Assembly (NCBI GenBank): GCA_026994965.1 | Contig: JALWPO010000154.1 | Location: 163-64,162, forward strand | Direction: 5' to 3' | Origin: Mariprofundaceae bacterium | GTDB lineage: Bacteria > Pseudomonadota > Zetaproteobacteria > Mariprofundales > Mariprofundaceae | Length of the DNA stretch: 64,000 bases | In this document: piece after piece, positions 16,828-25,516 of the stretch | Numbering within the stretch: the stretch's first letter is position 1 | Layout: every line of letters begins with the position of its first letter | Notes under the pieces: generated by a model | The model's input: the letters and a program-made list of their open reading frames with translations, nothing else | What the model was told of the DNA's origin: nothing | Database searches by the model: none | Program-made: the position numbers and the translations under genes

Positions 16828-18369
16828 CTAACGTTTAATCTGCATCAATGAAGAAAGCATTTGATCGGTTGTCATAATGGTTTTTGAGTTTGCCTCATAA
16901 CCGCGCTGCACCACGATTAATTTCACAAATTCACCTGCCAAATCCACATTAGATTGCTCCAAGCCAAAAGGTGTGATGGAACCCATACCTCCATTACCAG
17001 GCTTTTCCATCACGGGTGAACCCGATGCAATGGTTTCTTTTTGTAAGTTGTTCCCAATATGAGATAACACACTTGGATTCGGGAAATTTGCCAATGCCAC
17101 TTGATAAATAGAGCGGCGTTGCCCATTGGTAAACACACCAAAAATACGACCTGTTGAATCTGTTTCTAATTTATCCAAAAAACCTGAAGCAAATCCATCC
17201 CGTGTCATTTGTCGTGTAGCAAAAGAGCCTGCCATTTGCACCGTACCATTCAAGCCTGTTCCTGTTACACCTTGTTGATCACTGGTTTTAGCATTCCCGA
17301 AATCAAAACTAATCGTACCTGGTGAGGCGCTACTCCATGGAAACACAATCCCCGCACCCACTTCAGTTAATAGCTCACCTTTTGTACCAAAGGTTAATTT
17401 GTTCGCATTTGGCGTGGTTAATGCATTACCCGCAGTAATATTAATCCCAGTTGTAGTAGCTGCTGCAGTCAAGGTAATCGAGCCACCAGTAGCTGCGCCA
17501 ACTGTTTGCCCCGCTGCCACAGCAATACCATTTAACGTGACTGGTGCATCAAAGGTTGTGCTTGCTGAAATCTGTGTTCCAATAGGTAATGCGGCAGGTA
17601 GTGCAGCATTGGTAACGTTATAATTACTCGTTGATGACCCTACAATCACCTGCTGACCTGGTGTTCCACCTACCAAATCAGCACCATCTACCCCTGCCTG
17701 CCAAGACCAAGTATTAGCAGCTGTTTTGGTAAAATAAAGACTGACTGCATGATTCTGTCCCAAAGAGTCATAAGCATTCACCTGTGTTTTATAATGATAG
17801 GTTGCTGGGTTATCAGGATCAAATGCTGTACCTGTTGGCAAAAGTGTCGCATTAGAATCCAGTGATACTCCCGATAAAACACTAGTGGTTGCTTGCGCTT
17901 GAGCCGCCAAATTGGCAAAACTAATATCTGTTACATTACCAATGGCAGAGCCTGTCGTATCAGTTGCCCAGCCTTGCACTACAAATCCTTGACCATCAAT
18001 CAAATTAAAATCTTTATCCAAAAAGAAAGCACCCGCACGCGTATACGATAGAGAGCCACTAGCTGGATCTCTCAGTGCAAACATACCATTACCATTGATT
18101 GCCATATCTGTAGGGTTGGTCGTGTTTTGAATCGAACCTTGTTGATCATCCCGTGTAATCTGGCCAATACGCACACCATTACCCACTTGATTGGCAATAT
18201 TAGAACGTGTCACACCTACAGTTTGTGATAACACATCTGAAAACACTACATTTTGCGATTTAAACCCTAATGAGTTCACATTAGCAATATTATCACCAAT
18301 TACCCTCACAGCTTCACCAAATGCTGATAATCCACTTGAACCTGTAAATAATGCATTATAAATACCCAT
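16828..18369 (-). CDS. flgE: flagellar hook protein FlgE
   Basis: The N-terminus MGIYNALFTGSSGLSAFGEAVRVIGDNIANVNSLGFK and C-terminus LEQSNVDLAGEFVKLIVVQRGYEANSKTIMTTDQML are rod/hook family termini. 513 aa. Confidence 0.9.
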   Translation of the reverse strand: MGIYNALFTGSSGLSAFGEAVRVIGDNIANVNSLGFKSQNVVFSDVLSQTVGVTRSNIANQVGNGVRIGQITRDDQQGSIQNTTNPTDMAINGNGMFALRDPASGSLSYTRAGAFFLDKDFNLIDGQGFVVQGWATDTTGSAIGNVTDISFANLAAQAQATTSVLSGVSLDSNATLLPTGTAFDPDNPATYHYKTQVNAYDSLGQNHAVSLYFTKTAANTWSWQAGVDGADLVGGTPGQQVIVGSSTSNYNVTNAALPAALPIGTQISASTTFDAPVTLNGIAVAAGQTVGAATGGSITLTAAATTTGINITAGNALTTPNANKLTFGTKGELLTEVGAGIVFPWSSASPGTISFDFGNAKTSDQQGVTGTGLNGTVQMAGSFATRQMTRDGFASGFLDKLETDSTGRIFGVFTNGQRRSIYQVALANFPNPSVLSHIGNNLQKETIASGSPVMEKPGNGGMGSITPFGLEQSNVDLAGEFVKLIVVQRGYEANSKTIMTTDQMLSSLMQIKR

Positions 18370-18427
18370 ATCTATCTCCTTTTAACCTCGTCTTTCCAAA
18401 CCATGCTGATTCGATTCTTATCTCTTG

Positions 18428-19096
18428 TTACAACCTTACTTCAGTCACATCTGCCAAACTTGCGGGAATACCACCCACCATCAATTGAACCTTACCTGAC
18501 GCTAGGCGCACAGCATCGACGATGCCTGATCGTTGCGCTCCTACAGCCATGGCCTTACCTTGAGCATCTGTAGCCTGCAATAACACGCTATAAGTACCCA
18601 AAGGCGCTGCTACACCATTATTTTCTAAACCATCCCAACTCATCATTTGATGCCCTGATACCATTGTACCTAAATCCAAGTTTCTGATTGTACGCCCACT
18701 AGCATCCACAATCGTTGCCTGCACAGATGCGGCATTATTGGGCAGGTTTGCTGAGAAATTGACCACACCACCATTATATTGAATGCTATTTTGATTGACT
18801 GTAACAGTGCGCCCTAAATAACTTGCCGAAGATGCATTCAATCCCGTTGAAGCATCTCCCACACCACCTGATGCCACAATTTTTTCCAATAATTTATTGG
18901 TATTGGTTTGCTGCTCTACCATATTAAATTGTGCTAACTGTGATGACATTTGTGTAGGGTCTTGCGGCTTCAATGGATCTTGATTTTTCATTTGAGCAAC
19001 CAAAAGTTTTAAAAAAATATCTTTTTTCCCTAAATCCTGAGTTTTTGCAGTTGCTGATGCTGCACTAGGGCTTGGTGCTGTGACTTCTAAAGGCAT
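18428..19096 (-). CDS. flgD: flagellar hook assembly/capping protein FlgD
   Basis: FLKLLVAQMKNQDPLKPQD motif plus a C-terminal FlgD Ig-like region. Confidence 0.9.
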   Translation of the reverse strand: MPLEVTAPSPSAASATAKTQDLGKKDIFLKLLVAQMKNQDPLKPQDPTQMSSQLAQFNMVEQQTNTNKLLEKIVASGGVGDASTGLNASSASYLGRTVTVNQNSIQYNGGVVNFSANLPNNAASVQATIVDASGRTIRNLDLGTMVSGHQMMSWDGLENNGVAAPLGTYSVLLQATDAQGKAMAVGAQRSGIVDAVRLASGKVQLMVGGIPASLADVTEVRL

Positions 19097-19114
19097 ATCA
19101 ATCTCCTATCCATT

Positions 19115-20857
19115 CTAAGCTAAAATATTCAAGCGACCATGCTTCGCTATATTCATTCCCAACTGCATAGGGCTATCCAAATCCATGCCCACACCCGTGC
19201 CTTCCACATGTGCAATTTGATTTGCAAAGGCTTGGGATGAATGTTGTTGTTCCTGCTGTTGTGAATGCATATTCATGCTAAATCCTGAAAGGTTTAACCC
19301 TTGATCAGCTAAAGCCTGTCTTAATTGAGGTAGTTGCTGTTCTAATACCTGCCTAGATGCAGCTTGATCCACCAACATATGCACTTGAATTTGTTTTGTC
19401 GCATCGGTTTGTAAACTCACCTGAATTTTACCCAATGTCGCGGGCTCTAGTGTTAACTCTAATTTTGTATGTCCATCGCGAGCCGCGCGCGAAATTTCCA
19501 GCATCGCATCATTGGGCTTAAAGCTATGCGCACTTCGGTAAGCCATATGCATAGCAAAATCATTGCGTGGCATACGAATATCACGTGATGATGTATCTGC
19601 CATCGCAATCATCTCTGCTGCTGAACGTGAAGCGTTTTCCTGATGGTCAGGTGTGCCTGATTGGCTATTTGTAGAGGATTGTATCGCATAATCAGATAAA
19701 ACAGCACCCACTTGAGCAGAAGTCTGCCCTGTAGGCGGCTGTGTATGATTTGGAGTAAGATGTGATTTATGTGCGAATGTATGTGCTGTTACAGGCTGAA
19801 ACCCTGTTTGCGCCTTAGACAAAGCTTCACCAGATGAAGTTTTCTTATCTATAATACCTTCTCCCAAATCATGTTTATTTTCAGGTTTATCCAAACTTTG
19901 GTGTGTTTCTAACTTAATATCTGATTTTAGCTCTGCATGAAGTCCACCATGCTGATTCAGGTTTGTAGCCTGCTCAGACTTGGGCATTGACATCGCTATT
20001 GAATCACGTAATGGCAATGCTTTATCACTATTTATCTTCTCACCTGAAACCACCAGTTTGGATGCATCAATAGATTCATCCACACCTGTCACACCCTGTA
20101 AAGAAACGCCAATCTTGCTTGGTGTATTCATCACTTTCACTGATTCATGTTGACTCACAGGCTCTTTTTTCATATCCACAGGTGTATTTTTATTTAAAGC
20201 AACCTTTTGCTGATGATTAAAGAGGCTCTTACTTTTTCCTACAACATCAGTAACTTGTTTTTTTGCCTTTCCTGATAATTGTGTTTTGGCTATAGCTTCA
20301 TCTTTTGCTGTTAAAGGCAAAATATTTTCTTGATGAGCACCCACTATACCTAATCCCACAACACTATCTTTCGCATGTTGCTCAGCATCCATATGCTTTA
20401 TCTGTATATCTGTGAGGGAGCGCTCTGCTTGTTTAACGACATCAGCTTTATCATTTGCTATCTGCAAGATACCTATAACAGAATCTTTTTTAGCAACCTT
20501 CTTCTCTAACCCTTTCTCTTTTGGTGAAGCATCCAAAGTATTTAATTTTAATTTTGAATGCGATAAATGTGCTGCATGTTTTTCTTTCGAAGAAAAAGAC
20601 AATTCATCACCTGTGAATACTTTTCCTTTTTGTATTCCAAGTTTTATTCCAGCCTGTTCTCCAGACTGTATAAATTTTCCTTTGCCTGTTTTTCCAGTCA
20701 CCAACTGCCCATCTGCACCTTGCGATTGATTAAGGTGCTTTTGGAATGCCGCCATAAGTTTTCCGAATAAACCTCCAGCAGCAACTTTGGCAGCTTTGCC
20801 TTTGCCGCCCAATGTGCTGTTTCCGCCAGCTTGTGTTTGAATGCTTTGTTCAATCAT
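19115..20857 (-). CDS. fliK: flagellar hook-length control protein FliK
   Basis: A long low-complexity N-terminal and central region, with the C-terminal Flg_hook-type domain (KLELTLEPATLGKIQVSLQTDATKQIQVHMLVDQAASRQVLEQQLPQLRQALADQGLNL). It lies upstream of flgD. Confidence 0.8.
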   Translation of the reverse strand: MIEQSIQTQAGGNSTLGGKGKAAKVAAGGLFGKLMAAFQKHLNQSQGADGQLVTGKTGKGKFIQSGEQAGIKLGIQKGKVFTGDELSFSSKEKHAAHLSHSKLKLNTLDASPKEKGLEKKVAKKDSVIGILQIANDKADVVKQAERSLTDIQIKHMDAEQHAKDSVVGLGIVGAHQENILPLTAKDEAIAKTQLSGKAKKQVTDVVGKSKSLFNHQQKVALNKNTPVDMKKEPVSQHESVKVMNTPSKIGVSLQGVTGVDESIDASKLVVSGEKINSDKALPLRDSIAMSMPKSEQATNLNQHGGLHAELKSDIKLETHQSLDKPENKHDLGEGIIDKKTSSGEALSKAQTGFQPVTAHTFAHKSHLTPNHTQPPTGQTSAQVGAVLSDYAIQSSTNSQSGTPDHQENASRSAAEMIAMADTSSRDIRMPRNDFAMHMAYRSAHSFKPNDAMLEISRAARDGHTKLELTLEPATLGKIQVSLQTDATKQIQVHMLVDQAASRQVLEQQLPQLRQALADQGLNLSGFSMNMHSQQQEQQHSSQAFANQIAHVEGTGVGMDLDSPMQLGMNIAKHGRLNILA

Positions 20858-20868
20858 GCCATCACTAA

Positions 20869-20884
20869 AGCATGCTTGATGCCA
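20869..20884 (-). promoter_or_regulatory. sigma-54-type -24/-12 motif upstream of fliK (candidate)
   Basis: The minus strand reads TGGCAT-CAAGC-ATGCT with correct GG/GC spacing. It ends only 11 nt before the annotated fliK ATG, so either the transcript is near-leaderless or the match is fortuitous. A perfect TATAAT (minus strand, 20943-20948) is an alternative. Confidence 0.3.
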
Positions 20885-21065
20885 TAGATAAAAATCAATG
20901 TTTCCAATAAGTTAGAGATTAACAATCTGCCTATTGCGGAAAATTATACCCACCCAAGAGGCAATATATTCCTCACACAAACATTTTAAATGTCACATTT
21001 AATGTTTTAAATCGACTGCTATCTTAGAATGAATATCATCATAGGTTTTTTCTAGGAGAGTATGC

Positions 21066-21278
21066 ATGACACATCAACAAGCACTAAGACATGCACATAA
21101 ACTTGGTATTAAAGATATCTCACACACCGCTTCAAAAACTGAAATTATTCGCGCCATTCAAGCTTTTACAGGCACAAAAAAATGTTTTGCTTGTGAAGGC
21201 TCTCAAATGTGTAAGAAAACAGCATGTCCATGGCGTGATGATTGCCTGAATCAATTGACTGTACGTAAAAATTATTAA
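21066..21278 (+). CDS. small Rho_N/SAP-like plus Cys-rich protein
   Basis: AGGAGA lies 6 nt upstream of the ATG. The N-terminus ALRHAHKLGIKDISHTASKTEIIRAIQ looks like a Rho_N/SAP helix-extended-helix. The C-terminus is CFACEGSQMCKKTACPWRDDC (5 Cys). Confidence 0.6.
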   Translation: MTHQQALRHAHKLGIKDISHTASKTEIIRAIQAFTGTKKCFACEGSQMCKKTACPWRDDCLNQLTVRKNY

Positions 21279-21321
21279 ATCGAATCAAAGATGATTTGTA
21301 TTTAACTATTAGAGACCTCTA

Positions 21322-21984
21322 TTACATTGAACCTATACGCTGTGTGAGCGCTTGGCTAATTTCAACCGCTTGTTTAGGTGGCAAAAATGATAAAATCTTA
21401 CCCACTTGCTTTTCCTTCATGCGTGAAAACATTTTAACCACTGTTTTAAGCTTCATTTGTGCAATCACTGGGGCAGCTTTATCCGCCTTCATACCTTCAT
21501 ACACTGCTGTAAGACGCTTGATTTTTTTATCGTTCATCGCCTTTTCTTCTGCCAATAAATCTTGAATACGTGCCTCTAATGCCTTGAGTTCATCAATGCG
21601 TTTGATTGCACGCTGCTCTGCAGCTTGAGCAACCTTCTCGCGCTCTTGCAAAGACTTTTCTTGTGCTACAAGTTTTTCTCGTGCATCACGCAATGCCGAT
21701 GAGCTTTTCCCTATATCGCTTTCAGAAGCATCTTTTTCTTCTGCAATCGGTATCTCTGCCGCCGCTTCTGCTGATGGAATGAAATCACCTGTCCATAACT
21801 TCTCTTTCTGCATAGCATGGTTATCTTCATGTTTTACCAATGTAACTTGGGCTATCTCAGCATTTGTATTCGCTACCACTTGCTCATCTACAACATCCAT
21901 AGGCTCCCATACAGACAAACCCATCTTACCTACTACAAATAAACTTAATAGGGATAAAATCATGGGTAGTGTATGACGTTTCAT
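21322..21984 (-). CDS. YlxF/MotE-like flagellar protein (MgtE_N-like C-terminal domain)
   Basis: N-terminal signal/TM, a coiled coil (KEKVAQAAEQRAIKRIDELKALEARIQDLLAEEK), then VYEGMKADKAAPVIAQMKLKTVVKMFSRMKEKQVGKILSFLPPKQAVEISQAL. The position after fliJ matches the Bacillus fla/che operon. Confidence 0.65.
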   Translation of the reverse strand: MKRHTLPMILSLLSLFVVGKMGLSVWEPMDVVDEQVVANTNAEIAQVTLVKHEDNHAMQKEKLWTGDFIPSAEAAAEIPIAEEKDASESDIGKSSSALRDAREKLVAQEKSLQEREKVAQAAEQRAIKRIDELKALEARIQDLLAEEKAMNDKKIKRLTAVYEGMKADKAAPVIAQMKLKTVVKMFSRMKEKQVGKILSFLPPKQAVEISQALTQRIGSM

Positions 21985-21990
21985 TTGAAA

Positions 21991-22428
21991 TTAAGCCTCA
22001 TGCACTGTAAATGATGCGAACAAATCATCTAATTGTCTTTGAATCCGCTGTTCATTCAAACGCATTTGTTTTTTCTCTGCAGCTTTTTGAATTTTATCAT
22101 GCGTATCATGCTTGCGATTCGCTGCAATCCAATCTTTGAGCAATTGCGATTCTTCTTCATGAATCTTTTGTAAATTCACATCCACCAAATGCACCATATC
22201 CTGTTGTTCCTGCATCGCCTCTTCAATCATCCATAATACCGAGGCTTCTGTTTTTTGCTCTAAAACACGCTCACGCTCTTGCCTTAACCTCGCTTGAGAT
22301 GCTTCTGCATCTTGGCGCAAAGCTTCCAAGCGCTGACGCTCTTTACCCAATGTTGCTAATTCTTCCTGCGCTTTCATCCGCTCTTGATCTGCCAAACGGC
22401 TTAAGATTTGATGGGGTGATAAACTCAT
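21991..22428 (-). CDS. fliJ: flagellar export chaperone FliJ
   Basis: About 145 aa, all coiled coil, directly after fliI. The ATG at 22428 overlaps the fliI stop as ATGA and has GGAGG upstream. Confidence 0.75.
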   Translation of the reverse strand: MSLSPHQILSRLADQERMKAQEELATLGKERQRLEALRQDAEASQARLRQERERVLEQKTEASVLWMIEEAMQEQQDMVHLVDVNLQKIHEEESQLLKDWIAANRKHDTHDKIQKAAEKKQMRLNEQRIQRQLDDLFASFTVHEA

Positions 22429-23798
22429 ATTGCCTCCGAATGTAGCCCTTGCATCAGGGTTAACAATTGCTGCACTGCATCTTTTCTCGAACAAACCTCA
22501 TCGGGTTGCTGTTGTAAAAATGCCCGAATCGATGGCATATGTTCAATCACCTTATCCAACTCTGGGTTACTACCTTGTTCATAGGCTCCCATATGAATCA
22601 TATCCTCCATGCGCTCGTACAGTGATAATACCTTACGCAAGGAACGTGCCGCATTTAAAGATGATCCATCGCTCAATTGCATTTCTAATCGACTGATGCT
22701 TCGTTGTAGATTAATCGCAGGATAATGACCTTGCTCGGCAATCCTTCTATCCAATACCGCATGCCCATCCAAAATGGACATGGCTGAATCGGCTACAGGG
22801 TCAGCAGATAAATCATCGCCTTCGACCAAAACTGTGTACAAACCACTAATATCACCACGCTGATTTGCAGATTGCGAGCCAGGCCCCGCGCGCTCTAACA
22901 ATTCGGACAAAGCAGTAAAACATGATGGCGTATAACCTTTGCTTGCAGGAGGTTCACCCAACATCAAGCCAATCTCACGTTGTGCCTGTGCAAAACGTGT
23001 AAGACTATCCATCATCAATAAAACACGTTTTCCTTTATCCCTAAAACCCTCAGCAATCGTAGTAGCTAAGAGTGCCGCACGCACCCGCACCACCGGTGGC
23101 ATATCTGAAGTTGCGACCACCACAACGCTATGCTTAAGCGCCTCTCTACCCAAGGACACATCCAAAAACTCACGCACTTCTCGACTACGCTCACCCACCA
23201 ATGCAATCACATTGATATCAGCATCTGAATTTCTTGCCAACATGCCCATCAGCATACTTTTGCCTACACCTGCACCAGCAAACAGACCCAACCTTTGCCC
23301 CCACCCCATGGGTAAACAAGCATCCATGACACGCACGCCCAATTGCATAGGCTCATCAATGATATGAAGATCATAAGGATTTAGACCCGTTCCGTGCAGT
23401 GGATAAGCAATTCCCGATGGACTTAAATCCTTACCATCCATTGAGTTTCCCAGCGCATCCAAAACACGCCCTTGTAAATAAGAGCCCACTTGTATGGATG
23501 GGGCACTATCCAATGGTAAAACCGCATCCCCAGGTGCCATGCCTCGCGTTGAGCCCACTGGCATCAATAATGTTCGCTCATCCCTAAAGCCTACAATTTC
23601 AGCTTCTATACGATGCCCTGTCTTACATATCACTGCGCAACCATGTCCAATACTGCTTTGCAAACCAGTCGCTTCCAGCATAGGACCTGCCACCTTATGC
23701 ACTCGTCCGCGCAGCGGGTATGCATTGATTTTTTTTATATCGTCAATCATTTGACATTGAGTGTCAGCATGCCAAAGGGGCTGTGCAAACGGCATCAT
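22425..23798 (-). CDS. fliI: flagellum-specific ATPase FliI
   Basis: Walker A GAGVGKS and Walker B VLLMMDSLTRFA. F1-beta-like, 457 aa. Confidence 0.95.
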   Translation of the reverse strand: MMPFAQPLWHADTQCQMIDDIKKINAYPLRGRVHKVAGPMLEATGLQSSIGHGCAVICKTGHRIEAEIVGFRDERTLLMPVGSTRGMAPGDAVLPLDSAPSIQVGSYLQGRVLDALGNSMDGKDLSPSGIAYPLHGTGLNPYDLHIIDEPMQLGVRVMDACLPMGWGQRLGLFAGAGVGKSMLMGMLARNSDADINVIALVGERSREVREFLDVSLGREALKHSVVVVATSDMPPVVRVRAALLATTIAEGFRDKGKRVLLMMDSLTRFAQAQREIGLMLGEPPASKGYTPSCFTALSELLERAGPGSQSANQRGDISGLYTVLVEGDDLSADPVADSAMSILDGHAVLDRRIAEQGHYPAINLQRSISRLEMQLSDGSSLNAARSLRKVLSLYERMEDMIHMGAYEQGSNPELDKVIEHMPSIRAFLQQQPDEVCSRKDAVQQLLTLMQGLHSEAI

Positions 23799-24505
23799 AA
23801 AATGACCGTATCTTCCTGCTTCACTAAGTTTTTTTGGAATTGTGACACAACATCCGCAATCGCTTGATATGGATCAATATGTATATCTTGCTGTGTAGAC
23901 ATCAATCGACATGTGCCAATCGTAACCGATGGTTCACTTTGTAAGCGCCATTGATTCATAGACTCAGAACGCACTACATTTTCAAATGCTTGCATATCAT
24001 CAGGATGGATTTGCAAGGTTAGCTCTTGCATGTTTGGAAATTGCAAAGCGGCTCGTTCAACAGCTGATAATAGAAGTGTATGCCACCGCTCTTTTTCATC
24101 GCCCAGCACATGGGTCATCACCGCTTGTGCTAAACCCAAGATAATATGCGTGCATTGATGCTCTAAATCGGCAAGCTGCTGCTCTGCCTGCACCATCATT
24201 TTCTCTAACTTTTCTAGGCTTTGCTCTGCTCTTTTTTGTCCCAGAGCCATGCCTGCTTTTTCACCTGCTGCATAAGCTTTATCATAAGCCTCGCGCTCCA
24301 TAACTTCAGCTCTACCTTGAGCCTCTTGTAACATGTGCTCTAATTCTTGCACACGTCGCTCTTCTGGAGACACACCTATTTGTGCCATAGGCATCGTTTG
24401 TGGCCTTTCCATAACGCGAGAAGCCAGCTCTGGAAAAGGAGAATCTGTGGATGTAGTTTGCTCCATATCCTCATCCACCAGTGTTGGCAATGGCATCAAT
24501 GCCAT
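23795..24505 (-). CDS. fliH: flagellar assembly protein FliH
   Basis: 236 aa with the charged coiled-coil region AYDKAYAAGEKAGMALGQKRAEQ. It lies between fliG and fliI with a 4-nt overlap. Confidence 0.8.
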   Translation of the reverse strand: MALMPLPTLVDEDMEQTTSTDSPFPELASRVMERPQTMPMAQIGVSPEERRVQELEHMLQEAQGRAEVMEREAYDKAYAAGEKAGMALGQKRAEQSLEKLEKMMVQAEQQLADLEHQCTHIILGLAQAVMTHVLGDEKERWHTLLLSAVERAALQFPNMQELTLQIHPDDMQAFENVVRSESMNQWRLQSEPSVTIGTCRLMSTQQDIHIDPYQAIADVVSQFQKNLVKQEDTVIL

Positions 24506-24511
24506 AAGATA

Positions 24512-25516
24512 TTACAGCATATCATCACTGCCTCCTAGACTAATCACACCATCTTCATCCAATTTCCTCACTGCTTTTAAAATATTTTGCTGCGCTTCTT
24601 CCACCTCAGATAATTTCAATGGCGGCATCACCTCCATATCCTCACGCATAATTTCTGCTGCACGCTGCGACATATTGGAGAAAAAACTTTCCGCCAACTC
24701 TTCAGACGCACCTTTTAATGCCCGTACCAAATCATCAGATGAAATATGTTTAAGAATTTCTTGGATACCTTTGGCATCAAGCTCTAATAAATCTTCAAAA
24801 ACCAAAAGTAATTTATCAACTTGCGAAAATAGCTCTTCATCTTTTTCTTCAAGACGCTCCAAAATAGGTTTAGAAACTGTTTTATCTAAGGTTTTGAGAA
24901 TTTCTACCACACTGACCATGCCATCAAAACTAATCCCTGTATTACCAGTTGCTTCAGAAAGCTCTTTTTCTAAAGTCTCTTCAATATCATGAACCAATTC
25001 CTTAGGCACACTCTCAATCTTAGACATACGCATCACCACAGACATTTGCATATCTTCGGGTAACAGCGCAATCACCTGACTGGCTACAGATGTATCTAAG
25101 TTACCTAAAATCAAAGCAATAGTTTGTGGATGCTCCGCCTCAATATAACTGGCTATCATATTAGGCTGAATACGAGATAATTTTTGCCATACCGTAAGTT
25201 TCTGAGGTTGATTTAAATTGGATAAGATTCGATTCGCTCTCTCATCTTCCACTGCCATCTTCAATAATGTGGATACATCTTTTTGTGATGAATACATCAT
25301 GGGATCATCAGATTCATGTAATTCCAAATATTCATCCAACACCTGAACCAGCACATCACTTTCAATCTTACCTAATTCTGACATACGCCTAGCCAAACGC
25401 GTCATGGTTTGGTCATCCATCCCCTGAACCAAGGAGGCAGATACCTCAGGCCCCAAAGCAAATAATAAAATGGCAGCTTTATCATCACCTTTCAAAGCAG
25501 CGGTATTTTTACTCAT
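24512..25516 (-). CDS. fliG: flagellar motor switch protein FliG
   Basis: GDDKAAILLFALGPEVSA at the N-terminus and the C-terminal torque helix region RALKGASEELAESFFSNMSQRAAEIMREDME. The ATG at 25516 overlaps the fliF stop as ATGA. Confidence 0.95.
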   Translation of the reverse strand: MSKNTAALKGDDKAAILLFALGPEVSASLVQGMDDQTMTRLARRMSELGKIESDVLVQVLDEYLELHESDDPMMYSSQKDVSTLLKMAVEDERANRILSNLNQPQKLTVWQKLSRIQPNMIASYIEAEHPQTIALILGNLDTSVASQVIALLPEDMQMSVVMRMSKIESVPKELVHDIEETLEKELSEATGNTGISFDGMVSVVEILKTLDKTVSKPILERLEEKDEELFSQVDKLLLVFEDLLELDAKGIQEILKHISSDDLVRALKGASEELAESFFSNMSQRAAEIMREDMEVMPPLKLSEVEEAQQNILKAVRKLDEDGVISLGGSDDML

